Positions 37,432 through 47,014 are shown, counted from the stretch's first letter. The stretch is DNA of 64,000 bases from an uncultured Acidobacteriaceae bacterium (GCA_963823635.1 CAWGMV010000024.1:1468-65467); one strand, 5' to 3'. Notes: generated by a model not told the origin, from the letters alone. Program-made: numbers and translations.

Positions 37432-38310
37432 TTGTCGCCGAAACCTTTGGATCTGATCTACGAATGCGCGCTGTTCGTGCTCGGACTCGTGTTCGGAAGC
37501 TTCCTGAACGTTTGCATCAGCCGCATACCGCGTGACCAGTCCATCGCTTTTCCAGGTTCGCATTGCCCGGCCTGTGGCGCAAGCATTCGATGGCATGACA
37601 ACGTTCCCCTACTGAGTTGGATTCTTCTTCGTGGCCGATGTCGGGACTGCCACGAGCGCATCTCACTTCGCTATCCCAGTGTCGAGTTGCTGCTCGCCGT
37701 CCTATTCACAGCATGTTATGCATGGTTTGGCCCAAGCTGGCTTACCCTGAAGTTCTGCATCTTCAGCTTTCTGTTGCTCGGGTTGCTGTTCATGGACGCC
37801 GAAACCGGCCTGCTGCCGCGAGAATTCACTTACCCCGGTATCCTGCTTGGCCTTTCTTTTTCGCCGATTGCCCCCATCGACAGTGGGGGAACGCAAGTGT
37901 TGCTGCACGCCTACGGGCTGCATCTCCCGGGCATCCAAGTTTCAATTCTTGATTCTCTGCTGGCTGCCCTGATAGGCGCTGGTTTCTTTTTTATCGCCGC
38001 GGGACTTTACTTCCTTCTGCGCAAGCGCCAAGGGATGGGGAGCGGCGATTTTGCACTCGTCGCCATGTGCGGGACGTTCCTCGGGCTGAAACTAACGTTA
38101 TTGCTGATCTTCCTCGCGCCGCTCATTGCAACAGCTTATGCCCTGGTTCTCATCGCTCGCCATGCCGCACGTGCCGCCGACACAACGGCTTCGCTTAAGC
38201 AAATGTTGCAGTCCCGGGAAATCCCGTTTGGCGTTTTCATCAGCACGTCAGCACTGGCGATGACGTTCTTCGGGGAAGCCGCCTGGCGCTGGTATCTTGG
38301 CTTCTTCTAG
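37432..38310 (+). CDS. A24-family prepilin peptidase
   Basis: 292 aa with a TTG start. The CPACG..CRDC zinc motif is followed by polytopic segments containing GSGDFAL-type Asp motifs. Confidence 0.85.
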   Translation: MSPKPLDLIYECALFVLGLVFGSFLNVCISRIPRDQSIAFPGSHCPACGASIRWHDNVPLLSWILLRGRCRDCHERISLRYPSVELLLAVLFTACYAWFGPSWLTLKFCIFSFLLLGLLFMDAETGLLPREFTYPGILLGLSFSPIAPIDSGGTQVLLHAYGLHLPGIQVSILDSLLAALIGAGFFFIAAGLYFLLRKRQGMGSGDFALVAMCGTFLGLKLTLLLIFLAPLIATAYALVLIARHAARAADTTASLKQMLQSREIPFGVFISTSALAMTFFGEAAWRWYLGFF

Positions 38311-38384
38311 ACAGCACCCAGGATCAGGCGTCAGCTAACATTTCGCGGGATGTTTGTCACTGTCAAAGCGAACGACGAGGCAGT

Positions 38385-39374
38385 TTATTTCGCCTGGGCC
38401 TCGCTCCGCGCCTTCAAGTAAACATCAACGTTGCTCTTGTCCACCAGCGACACACCCGTATCCACGAACGCAGGCACGGGAGCGAACGAGTCCGAAGAAA
38501 AGTCCTTCTTCAAGTCGATCGGATAGTGGTGAATGTCATCCAGGCACTTCAGCCCATAAAACGCCATGGTGTAGGGCTTCTGCGAAATCGTGGCATCGAT
38601 GGTGCCGGCCTTGATTAGATCCAGGGTCGCCTGGTCCACGTCCATGGCCATGACCAGGCGGTCGGTCGCGTTCTCACGTTTCAGGGCCTCCGCCACGTCC
38701 TTTCCGGACGAGGCTTCCAGGCAGATAAAAGCGTCGATCTTTTCGGCAGACTTGTCTCCCAGATAGTGCATCGTGCGGTCAAACGCGTTGCCGGAATCGC
38801 CCTTGATGTTGAACACTTCGACCACCTTGATCCCCGGGTGCTCAGCGAAGACGTCCTTGTAGCCTTTGAGACGCTGCTCCATGTTCGTCTGCGGCATGGT
38901 ATAGAAAACGACATTGCCTTTGCCGTGCAGCTTGTCGACTACCCGCTGTCCGCCCATCCGCCCAGCCTCAAGATTGTTGGTGCCGATGAAGTACAGCCTC
39001 TTGCTGTCAGGGGCGTCAGAGTCGATGGTGATGACCGGAATGCCGGCATTCACCGCCTCATCGATTACGGGTTTCATCAAGCCGGTATCCGCGACCGAAA
39101 CCAGGATGCCTGCGGGCTTGAGCGCGACTGCGCCGCGAAACTCCTGCACCTCGGCCTGAGGGTCGTAGCTATCAGGTCCGCGGACATCGGACTTGACGCC
39201 ATATAGCGCGGCGGCCTTCTCAAGTCCAGCGCGTGCCGTTTGCCAGTACGGCAGCTTGGAGTTCACGGTCACCAGGATGTAACGCTCAGAATTATCGTGA
39301 CGCGAACAGCCCAGCAGGAAAGACAAGGGAATCACTATCGTAATCAGAAGCGTGCACTTCACAACAGCCCTCAT
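38385..39374 (-). CDS. periplasmic sugar-binding protein (ABC substrate-binding, PBP type I), orphan
   Basis: The ATG at 39374 gives a lipoprotein signal (LSFLLGC). The sequence is typical of ribose/monosaccharide-binding proteins (GILVSVADTG.., IPVITIDSD, FIGTNN). No permease or ATPase gene is adjacent. Confidence 0.8.
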   Translation of the reverse strand: MRAVVKCTLLITIVIPLSFLLGCSRHDNSERYILVTVNSKLPYWQTARAGLEKAAALYGVKSDVRGPDSYDPQAEVQEFRGAVALKPAGILVSVADTGLMKPVIDEAVNAGIPVITIDSDAPDSKRLYFIGTNNLEAGRMGGQRVVDKLHGKGNVVFYTMPQTNMEQRLKGYKDVFAEHPGIKVVEVFNIKGDSGNAFDRTMHYLGDKSAEKIDAFICLEASSGKDVAEALKRENATDRLVMAMDVDQATLDLIKAGTIDATISQKPYTMAFYGLKCLDDIHHYPIDLKKDFSSDSFAPVPAFVDTGVSLVDKSNVDVYLKARSEAQAK

Positions 39375-39588
39375 GTTCGCCTCGCCATAGTCGAGATCGC
39401 GTGCAAGATGCGGCGAAATCGCGCGATGCCGGAGCATCCTGCGCGTATTGCAGGCGGATTGTAACTCCGCGGTCGCATTCAGGGAAAGCTGAATCCCTTT
39501 GCATGATTTCTGCCAGCCGGGACCACCGGGCGGAACGAGACGACGAGAGCGGTTGCCTGGACGTCGCTGGAGGGTTAAGATGAAATTA

Positions 39589-39600
39589 GAACGAGCGTTC
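39589..39600. promoter_or_regulatory. 12-bp near-palindrome, candidate TetR operator
   Basis: GAACGAGCGTTC (arms GAACG/CGTTC) lies about 20 nt upstream of the TetR start, in the divergent spacer. Confidence 0.25.
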
Positions 39601-39616
39601 GAAAAGCGCCGGCCCG

Positions 39617-40366
39617 ATGCGCCGTGCTCCAACAAGAATGTCGGCTGCTTCCACATCCCGTGTCCTGGAGAATTCAACGGCCCACGACAGCCGCTTTGAC
39701 CGACGTCTGGCTGAGATTCTCGACTATGCCACCGAAGTCTTTGCCGATAAGGGCTACGAGGGAGCTTCAATGCGCGACCTCTCCCGCCTCAGCGGCATGT
39801 CCCTGGCCGGTCTTTATTACTACTTCAAGTCGAAGGAAAATCTTCTTTACATCATCCAGCACCACACCTTCACCACCATCATCGAGCGCCTGCGCGAGCG
39901 GCTGACCGCCAGCAACGATCCCGAAGAGCGCATTCGCATCTTCGTGCAGAACCATGTGGATTATGCGTTGGCAAGGACGAAGGCAATGAAGGTGTTGTCG
40001 CACGAGGACGATGTCCTCAAGACCAGCTATGGAGCGGAGCTGGCCGCAATCAAACGCGAGTACTACCGCATCTGCCTTGGACTGGTTGAGGACCTGGTCG
40101 AAGCTGAGCAGTTGAAGAACATTGGGCCGCAGAGCGCAAGCCGAATAACCACGCGGAACGCCGTGATGATGCTGTTTGGCGCGATGAACTGGCTGTACAC
40201 CTGGCATAACCCCCGGGTTGATTCCGATGCCCCAACTTTTGCGCGGGAGATCAGCGACATTTTTCTGGAAGGCATACGCGGCGCGGAGCCCACGGCCAAC
40301 GGACGTCCGGTGCCGGCGAAAAGCAAGGCCGGTAAGCCACTGAAAAGGAATTCACGCAATGGGTAG
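39617..40366 (+). CDS. TetR/AcrR-family transcriptional regulator
   Basis: 249 aa. The N-terminal HTH is ATEVFADKGYEGASMRDLSRLSGMSLAGLYYYFKSKENLL. Confidence 0.85.
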   Translation: MRRAPTRMSAASTSRVLENSTAHDSRFDRRLAEILDYATEVFADKGYEGASMRDLSRLSGMSLAGLYYYFKSKENLLYIIQHHTFTTIIERLRERLTASNDPEERIRIFVQNHVDYALARTKAMKVLSHEDDVLKTSYGAELAAIKREYYRICLGLVEDLVEAEQLKNIGPQSASRITTRNAVMMLFGAMNWLYTWHNPRVDSDAPTFAREISDIFLEGIRGAEPTANGRPVPAKSKAGKPLKRNSRNG

Positions 40367-41177
40367 TACCGCTCAGCCTATGACGACCCAGACCGAGGGG
40401 CTGGTCAACTACTGGATGGAATCCGGCATTGCCGTCATCGAGCTGAATGACCCACCTGCCAATACCTACAGCTATGAGATGAATCGGAAACTTGACGATG
40501 TCATTCTCGCGGCCCGCATGGACAACGAGGTCCACGTCATTGTTCTGACCGGCGCGGGCGATAAATTCTTTTGCGCTGGGGCGAACATCCAGATGCTGGC
40601 CAAAGTGGATCCGACTTTCAAGTATTACTTCTGCCTGCACGCCAACGAGACGCTTCTGCGGCTGGAGAATACGCCCAAGCTGGTGATCGCTGCGCTGAAC
40701 GGGCACTGCGTCGGAGGAGGGCTGGAGGTGGCGATGGCAGCCGACCTGCGCATCGCACGCAAAGAGGGCGGCAAGATCGGGTTGCCAGAGGTAAACCTCG
40801 GCGTGTTGCCCGGAACCGGGGGAACGCAACGGCTATCGCGGATGCTGGGCAAGTCGAAAGCCATCGAACTGATGGCCACTGGGAAGACGTTTTCGTTCGA
40901 AGATGCGAAGCAATTAGGGCTGGTCAATGACATCTTCGAACGTGAGAACTTCATGGAGCACGTGTTGGCCTACGCTCGCCAGTTTTGTCCGCCGAACAAG
41001 GCAGCAAAGGCCATCGGCAGGATCAAGCGCGCCGTCCAAACGGGTTGGGAGATTCCGCTGGAGGCCGGACTCGCCCTGGAGCGCGAAAACCAGCAATTGC
41101 TGTTTGAGAGCGAAGACGCAAAAGAAGGATTGGCGGCTTATATCGAGAAGCGGCCGGCAAGGTTTAAGGGGAAATAG
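40359..41177 (+). CDS. enoyl-CoA hydratase/isomerase (crotonase) family protein
   Basis: 272 aa. Oxyanion-hole segments are GAGDKFFCAGANI and GHCVGGGLEVAMAADLRIA. It overlaps the TetR stop by 8 nt. Confidence 0.88.
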   Translation: MGSTAQPMTTQTEGLVNYWMESGIAVIELNDPPANTYSYEMNRKLDDVILAARMDNEVHVIVLTGAGDKFFCAGANIQMLAKVDPTFKYYFCLHANETLLRLENTPKLVIAALNGHCVGGGLEVAMAADLRIARKEGGKIGLPEVNLGVLPGTGGTQRLSRMLGKSKAIELMATGKTFSFEDAKQLGLVNDIFERENFMEHVLAYARQFCPPNKAAKAIGRIKRAVQTGWEIPLEAGLALERENQQLLFESEDAKEGLAAYIEKRPARFKGK

Positions 41178-41186
41178 TTTTTGGGA

Positions 41187-41230
41187 TTGTCATCCCGAGT
41201 GAGGACTTAAGTCCGAGTCGAGGGACCTGC
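41187..41230. repeat. family 1 repeat, left half only
   Basis: TTGTCATCCCGAGTGAGGACTTAAGTCCGAGTCGAGGGACCTGC matches the left half of the 10591-10700 copy. Confidence 0.65.
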
Positions 41231-41246
41231 GGTTGAAGTTGAAGCA

Positions 41247-42026
41247 ATGACGACTAGCGCCCAATCCGTTTTTACCCGTATCACCGTTGCTTTCGATCCC
41301 CATGCAGCGCGCGTCGTACTGAACAACCCGCCGCTAAACGTCATTGACATTCCGATGATGGACGAACTGCGAGCGGCGCTGGAGCAGATTGATGCGCGGC
41401 CGGAAATCAGCGCCATCATTTTTGCGGGCTCGGCGCACGCCTTCTCCAGCGGTGTGGACATAGCGGCGCACACCCCGGACAAGGTACGCGACATGCTCGC
41501 CGCATTTCATAGCGTGATCCGCTCCGTGGTTGATAACAACAAGCTGACGATTGCCAGTGTTCGCCGACATTGCCTCGGTGGCGGGGCCGAACTGGCGCTG
41601 ATGTGTGACATTGTATATGCCTCGCCTGACTCGGTGTGGGGATTTCCCGAGATCAAGCTGGCCTGCTATGCGCCAGTGGCCAGCGTGGCCCTGTCCGCCA
41701 TTGTGGGACAGAAGCTCGCGGCAGAATTGTTGCTCACCGGACGCACGCTAAGCGGCCAAGAAGCGCTCGACGCTGGACTGGTGAATGGACTTGCTGACGA
41801 TCCCGAGACTTTGGTTGCCGAATGTGTGCAGCGGGTGTCGCAGTTGAGTCCAGTGGCACTGGCGCTGGCGAAGAAGGCGTTCTACGCCTGGCATGCGATT
41901 CATTTCGACAAGGGCCTGGCACGCGCCGAACAGATTTATCACGACGAGCTGATGAAAACCGTTGACGCGCAGGAGGGCATTGCGGCGTTCATCGAACGCC
42001 GACGGCCGAAATGGACAGGGAAATAA
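41247..42026 (+). CDS. crotonase family protein (dienoyl-CoA-hydratase-like)
   Basis: 259 aa. Motifs PPLNVIDIPMMDEL, AFSSGVDIAAHTPDKV, GGGAELALMCD and FPEIKL. It resembles proteins annotated as cyclohexa-1,5-dienecarbonyl-CoA hydratase (from memory). Confidence 0.85.
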   Translation: MTTSAQSVFTRITVAFDPHAARVVLNNPPLNVIDIPMMDELRAALEQIDARPEISAIIFAGSAHAFSSGVDIAAHTPDKVRDMLAAFHSVIRSVVDNNKLTIASVRRHCLGGGAELALMCDIVYASPDSVWGFPEIKLACYAPVASVALSAIVGQKLAAELLLTGRTLSGQEALDAGLVNGLADDPETLVAECVQRVSQLSPVALALAKKAFYAWHAIHFDKGLARAEQIYHDELMKTVDAQEGIAAFIERRRPKWTGK

Positions 42027-42029
42027 CAG

Positions 42030-42353
42030 ATGGAGTACGAAATCACTCCGGAAGCATTGAAATCGCTGCGCGATGCCGGGAACGACGTCACCGTGCTCGA
42101 TGTTCGCGAATCGTGGGAATATCAACTCGCCAAAATCGAGGGTAGCAAGCACATTGCGATGGGGGACGTTCCTGCGCGCTTCAATCAGGAGCTCGACCCG
42201 GAAGACCACATCGTAGTCGTGTGCCATCACGGAGTGCGATCGATGAACGTAACCGCCTGGCTGCGGCAACAGGGCTTCGAAAAGGCGCAATCGTTACAGG
42301 GCGGGATCGACCGCTGGTCGAGACAGATTGATCCGGCAGTGCCGGTGTATTGA
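42030..42353 (+). CDS. single-domain rhodanese (sulfurtransferase)
   Basis: 107 aa with the active-site loop CHHGVRS. Confidence 0.85.
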   Translation: MEYEITPEALKSLRDAGNDVTVLDVRESWEYQLAKIEGSKHIAMGDVPARFNQELDPEDHIVVVCHHGVRSMNVTAWLRQQGFEKAQSLQGGIDRWSRQIDPAVPVY

Positions 42354-42358
42354 ATGCG

Positions 42359-42433
42359 GCACTTAGCATTTAGCACTTGGCAATTAGTCAAAGACAGTTT
42401 TGACTACCGGCTGAGTGCTAACTGCTTGGTGCC
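42359..42433. repeat. palindromic repeat, family 3
   Basis: The arms are GCACTTAGCATTTAGCACTTGGC and GAGTGCTAACTGCTTGGTGCC, around an inner hairpin AGTCAAA..TTTGACT. Confidence 0.6.
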
Positions 42434-42450
42434 AGGAAATTGATTGTCCA

Positions 42451-42954
42451 ATGAAGAAGGAACTCATCGAACTTCGCGTCAACGGACGCACACACGAACT
42501 GGCGGTCGAGCCGAACGAGTTGCTGCTTGACGTCTTGCGTCAGGAACTCGATCTGACCGGCTCGAAGCGCGCCTGCGACGATTCTTCCTGCGGCGCTTGT
42601 ACCGTTCAGGTGGACAGCATTCCCATGCTCTCGTGCACGCTGTTGGCCGCCAGTTGTGAGGGGCAGGAAATTACCACCGTCGAAGGTGTCGCCAACCATG
42701 GTGCTCTGGCCGCGCTGCAAAAGGCGTACGGCGATTTTGGCGGCTCGCAATGCGGCTTCTGCACACCCGGATTCATGATGACGGTCCGCTGGCTGCTGGC
42801 CAACAATCCGGAGCCGACGGAGGATGAAATTCGCCAAGCTCTCAGCAGCAATCTGTGCCGTTGCACCGGATACACGCAGATGTACCAGGCGGTTCGCGCG
42901 GCCATCGCAGCGGAGCAAAAAGGCGTGAAGCAGCAACTAGTGGAGACGAAGTGA
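42451..42954 (+). CDS. xanthine-oxidase-family [2Fe-2S] small subunit
   Basis: The Cys motifs CDDSSCGACTV, CGFCTPG and CRCTGY match the two [2Fe-2S] sites. Confidence 0.9.
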   Translation: MKKELIELRVNGRTHELAVEPNELLLDVLRQELDLTGSKRACDDSSCGACTVQVDSIPMLSCTLLAASCEGQEITTVEGVANHGALAALQKAYGDFGGSQCGFCTPGFMMTVRWLLANNPEPTEDEIRQALSSNLCRCTGYTQMYQAVRAAIAAEQKGVKQQLVETK

Positions 42955-45524
42955 GCGACAACGGATTCTCGGTTATCGGCAAACCGATCGCTATGGTGGA
43001 TGCCGCTGGCAAGACGACCGGCGCTGGCAAGTATACCGACGACCTCAGCCTCCCCGGAATGCTGGTGGGCAAGATTCTGCACTCACCCTATCCGCACGCG
43101 CGCATTAAGTGCATTGATACTTCGCGCGCCAAAACTCTGGATGGCGTCGTTGCAGTGGTCACCGGCGAGGATGCGCCCAACCGCTACGGCATCCTACCCG
43201 TTGGTCACGACGAGACGGCGTTGGCGGTCGATAAGGTCCGCTACATCGGCGACAACGTCGCCTGTGTGGCCGCCATCAGTGAAGAGATTGCCGAACGTGC
43301 GCTGGAATTGATTGATGTCGAATACGAGACGTTGCCCGCCTACTTCGACCCCGAAGAGGCGATGAAAGCGGAGACCGACCTCATTCACGAGCACCGCCCG
43401 AACAACCTGGAGAAGGATTATCACCACGTCTTCGGCGATCCGGAGCAAGGTTTTGCCGACGCGGATTACGTGCATGAGGCGCGTTACGTTGCCAACGAGG
43501 TGACGCACGCGGCGATGGAGCCGCACAGCACGCTCGCCAAGTTCGAGCTTGATCCGCACACTGGCAAACTTGGCCGGCTGACGGTGTGGTCGTCCACGCA
43601 GGTTCCTTATTACCTGCAGCACAAGCTTTCGCTGGTGCTCGAGATGCCGATGTCACAGATCCGTGTCATCAAACCGCTGGTAGGCGGCGGCTTCGGCGGC
43701 AAGAGCGAAGTTATTCCTTTGGAGATTATCGCAGCAGTCGCAGCGCGCGCGGCCAAGGCGCCGGTAAAGATCACCTACACGCGCGAGGAAGTTTTTTGGG
43801 CCCACCGCGGGCGCCCGCGCACCATCATCGACCTGAAGACTGGCGTGAAGAACGACGGCCGCGTTACCTCTGTCGCCTGCAAGGTCATCCAGGACGGAGG
43901 CGCTTACTGCTCCTACGGTGTGGTTACGATTCTCTATTCCGGCGCGCTGCTGGGCGCTCTGTATGACATTCCCAGCATTCGCTACGACGGATATCGCGTT
44001 CTTACCAACAAGCCGGCATGTGGTGCTATGCGCGGCCACGGCACTGTCAATGTGCGCTTTGCCTTCGAGTCCCAGATGGACGAGATCGCGGCGAAGCTCA
44101 ATCTCGACCCCGCCGAAATGCGGCGCGTTAACCTGCTGAAGCCGCCGACGATCACCGTCAACGGCCTGCGCGTCCTGAGCTACGGCCTGCCGGAATGCAT
44201 TGATCAGGTGATTACGCGCTCCGGCTGGAACGAGCGCCGCGGCAAATTGCCCAAAGGATGCGGTTTGGGCGTTGCCTGTAGTCATTATGTAAGCGGCGCA
44301 GCTAACAGCATCATTCGCTCCGATATGCCACATTCCACGGTTAACATTAAGATCGACCGCGACGGCGGCGTGGTGGTGTACACCGGAGCCGCGGAAATCG
44401 GCCAAGGTTCCGACACCATGACGGCGCAGATTGTGGCTGAGGTGCTGGGCTGCGACTTGTCCCGCGTCAAAATCATTGCTGCTGACACCGATCTCACCCC
44501 AATCGATCTCGGGTCGTACTCCAGCCGCGTTACTTTTATGTCTGGGAATGCCGCGTTGCGCGCTGCCCAAGAGGTAAAGAAGAACATCGTCCTCGCTGCC
44601 TCCCGGAGCATGAACTGCGCTCCCGAAGACGTCGTCATGCGCAATGACCGGGTCTCGAAGCGTAGTACCACAACGTCAGATATTAGTACCACACTGTCGG
44701 ACATGAGCGATCAGCGCGCCAGCGGTCACGTTGATGGCCAGATCCTGCGCGGCTCTGTCTTGCAGACCCGAAAGCAAGAAGGCCCCAAGGACCACATAAG
44801 CTTTGAGGAGGCGGTGGTCGCAGCGATTGATTTTCACGGTGCGCTCACTGGCACTGGATCGTACGCGCCACCTGTGGAAGCGCGCGGTGGAAAGTACAAA
44901 GGCGGGGGGGTGGGCCCGTCGCCTGCATATTCCTATTCGGCGCAAGTCGCCGAAGTTAGCGTTGACGAAGACACCGGCGAGGTGACGGTGCACAAAATCT
45001 GGGCGGCGCACGACTGCGGGCGTGCGCTCAATCCCGTCGCTGTTGAAGGCCAGGTCATCGGCTCAGTATGGATGGGCTTGGGGCAGGCGTTGGAAGAAGA
45101 GATGATCTGGAAGGACGGGCTCCTGATGAACCCAGGCCTGCTGGAGTATCGCAGCCCATCGTCAGCCGAGTCGCCGGAGATCGAATGCATCATCGTCGAG
45201 AGCGTTGACCCTGAAGGTCCTTTCGGCGCCAAGGAAGCTGGCGAAGGCTCGCTAGCTGCAACGATTCCAGCCATCTCGAATGCCATCTACGACGCTGTGG
45301 GAGTTCGCCTGCGGGAGGCGCCCTTTACGCCTGAGCGCATTCTGGCAGCGCTGCGCTCCAAGAAGGGTATGAAGCGAATTGCAATGACCGAGTCAGTCGA
45401 TCCAACCGCTCCGACGAGATTGCGCGAACATGGCGGCTCATTGTGGTTCCGCGGCAAGGGACCACTACGGCATCCTCTCGACCCGGCGCGGCAGAGCGCG
45501 CACGCAACCGGAGGTGAGCAGTGA
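42951..45524 (+). CDS. xanthine-oxidase-family molybdopterin large subunit
   Basis: The GTG at 42951 overlaps the small-subunit stop (GTGA). About 857 aa. Motifs GGGFGGK, GAMRGHG and AHDCGRALNP. It has an apparent low-complexity insert (about 44658-44792) and a C-terminal tail of about 55 aa. Confidence 0.9.
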   Translation: MSDNGFSVIGKPIAMVDAAGKTTGAGKYTDDLSLPGMLVGKILHSPYPHARIKCIDTSRAKTLDGVVAVVTGEDAPNRYGILPVGHDETALAVDKVRYIGDNVACVAAISEEIAERALELIDVEYETLPAYFDPEEAMKAETDLIHEHRPNNLEKDYHHVFGDPEQGFADADYVHEARYVANEVTHAAMEPHSTLAKFELDPHTGKLGRLTVWSSTQVPYYLQHKLSLVLEMPMSQIRVIKPLVGGGFGGKSEVIPLEIIAAVAARAAKAPVKITYTREEVFWAHRGRPRTIIDLKTGVKNDGRVTSVACKVIQDGGAYCSYGVVTILYSGALLGALYDIPSIRYDGYRVLTNKPACGAMRGHGTVNVRFAFESQMDEIAAKLNLDPAEMRRVNLLKPPTITVNGLRVLSYGLPECIDQVITRSGWNERRGKLPKGCGLGVACSHYVSGAANSIIRSDMPHSTVNIKIDRDGGVVVYTGAAEIGQGSDTMTAQIVAEVLGCDLSRVKIIAADTDLTPIDLGSYSSRVTFMSGNAALRAAQEVKKNIVLAASRSMNCAPEDVVMRNDRVSKRSTTTSDISTTLSDMSDQRASGHVDGQILRGSVLQTRKQEGPKDHISFEEAVVAAIDFHGALTGTGSYAPPVEARGGKYKGGGVGPSPAYSYSAQVAEVSVDEDTGEVTVHKIWAAHDCGRALNPVAVEGQVIGSVWMGLGQALEEEMIWKDGLLMNPGLLEYRSPSSAESPEIECIIVESVDPEGPFGAKEAGEGSLAATIPAISNAIYDAVGVRLREAPFTPERILAALRSKKGMKRIAMTESVDPTAPTRLREHGGSLWFRGKGPLRHPLDPARQSAHATGGEQ

Positions 45525-46504
45525 GCCTGCCCGGCTTCCAATTGTTGCGTCCGAAAACCCTCGATGAGGCCGTGGCGTTGATGGCCAGCCACGATGGCAA
45601 GGTAAGAATTGTCGCCGGCGGCACCGACTTGCTGCCTTCGATGAAGCAGAAACTGTTCACGCCGCCTTATGTGCTCGATCTGCGCGGTGTCACTGAGCTG
45701 CGCGGCATTCGTAGTATCCAGGGTAGCGGCGTCGAAGTAGGGGCCCTTACCACGCTCAGCGCCATTGAGCATTCGGCCGTTATTCGCAACGACTATCCCG
45801 TGCTGCACCAGGCGGCCCGGACCGTTGCGTCGCCGGTCTTGCGCAACATGGGCACCATCGGCGGCAATCTCTGCCTCGACACGCGCTGCCTGTGGTACAA
45901 CCAGTCGCTGCTATGGCGCAAGAGTTGCGGCTTCTGCCTGAAGAAGGACGGTGATCTTTGCCACGTTGCCCCGGGAGGGACGTTCTGCTGGGCAACGTTT
46001 TCTGGTGACACCCCGCCAGCACTGCTGTGCCTGGATGCAGAAATCGAGATTGCCGGCCCAGACGGCCTGCGACGTACCCCATTGTCGGAGTTCTACGTGA
46101 ACGATGGTATTGTTCGCCTGCATCTGGCGTCGAATGAGATTGTCGTGCGCGTTCACCTGCCCGAATCCTCAGCCGGATGGCGTGGCAGCTACCAGAAGCT
46201 CCGCGTTCGCGGGAGCATTGACTATCCACTGGCGGGAGTTGCCGTCGCCCTCAAAATGCGCTTGGGCCGGGTGGAAGATGCACGCGTGGCCATCACCGCT
46301 GTCAACCCGGCGCCGCTGCTGGTGAGGGATGCGGACGCCCAACTCATTGGTGCGGTTCCGGGCGTAGAGCTTGCCGAGCGTATCGGCGATCTGGCAGCCA
46401 GCACAGCCAAGCCGCTAACGACCTCGGCGCTGACGCCTGAGTATCGGAGGGAAATGGTGCGCGTTTTTGCGAAGCGCGCGGTGCTCCAAGCTACTGCGAA
46501 TTAG
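45521..46504 (+). CDS. xanthine-oxidase-family FAD subunit with Cys-rich insertion
   Basis: 327 aa. FAD motifs are VAGGTDLLP and GTIGGNL. The insertion is CLDTRCLWYNQSLLWRKSCGFCLKKDGDLCHVAPGGTFC. The start overlaps the large-subunit stop (GTGA). Confidence 0.88.
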   Translation: MSLPGFQLLRPKTLDEAVALMASHDGKVRIVAGGTDLLPSMKQKLFTPPYVLDLRGVTELRGIRSIQGSGVEVGALTTLSAIEHSAVIRNDYPVLHQAARTVASPVLRNMGTIGGNLCLDTRCLWYNQSLLWRKSCGFCLKKDGDLCHVAPGGTFCWATFSGDTPPALLCLDAEIEIAGPDGLRRTPLSEFYVNDGIVRLHLASNEIVVRVHLPESSAGWRGSYQKLRVRGSIDYPLAGVAVALKMRLGRVEDARVAITAVNPAPLLVRDADAQLIGAVPGVELAERIGDLAASTAKPLTTSALTPEYRREMVRVFAKRAVLQATAN

Positions 46505-46509
46505 GATTT

Positions 46510-47007
46510 GTGACCACTACAAAGCGCAATAACCGATTAGGCCTGCTGAAGGTGATCGTATGGACTGCATTGGCGTTCTCTATATCGGATGCGGTCTGCA
46601 GAGCACAACCGGGCTACCCATGCGGTCACAGCACAGTTGACGACAACCATGATCCCGCATATTCGTCTGAGGCGAAGTCATTCCTTTCAAAGTTGCAGGC
46701 TATGGTGAAGGCCAATGATAGAGCGCAATTCGCCACACTTGCCCACTATCCGCTTCGCATAAATGGTGCTGACACGTCGCATATTTTGAAGCCAGAGGAC
46801 CTGATTAGAAAGTATCCGAAAATCGTTACTCCTAATGTGAAGCATGCGATTTTCTCCCAATCGCCGAATTGTCTGTTTGCGAACGGTCAAGGAGTGATGA
46901 TTGGTAACGGACAGGTGTGGTTCGATGAGGAGACTCCCGGCAAGATGAGGATCACTACGATAAACTTAGATGTACCTGAAGCGCGTCCTCTAACCACTAA
47001 TCATTAG
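46510..47007 (+). CDS. hypothetical secreted protein (visibly lower G+C)
   Basis: 165 aa with a GTG start and a signal-like segment LLKVIVWTALAFSISDAVC. No family recognised. Confidence 0.55.
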   Translation: MTTTKRNNRLGLLKVIVWTALAFSISDAVCRAQPGYPCGHSTVDDNHDPAYSSEAKSFLSKLQAMVKANDRAQFATLAHYPLRINGADTSHILKPEDLIRKYPKIVTPNVKHAIFSQSPNCLFANGQGVMIGNGQVWFDEETPGKMRITTINLDVPEARPLTTNH

Positions 47008-47014
47008 CCAGTTC

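Noticed and set aside
38385-39770. Full 461-aa version of the sugar-binding protein ORF
   Set aside because: The 132-codon N-terminal extension is Arg/Ser/Pro-rich and overlaps the TetR gene start. The ATG at 39374 gives a typical lipoprotein signal and a normal PBP length.
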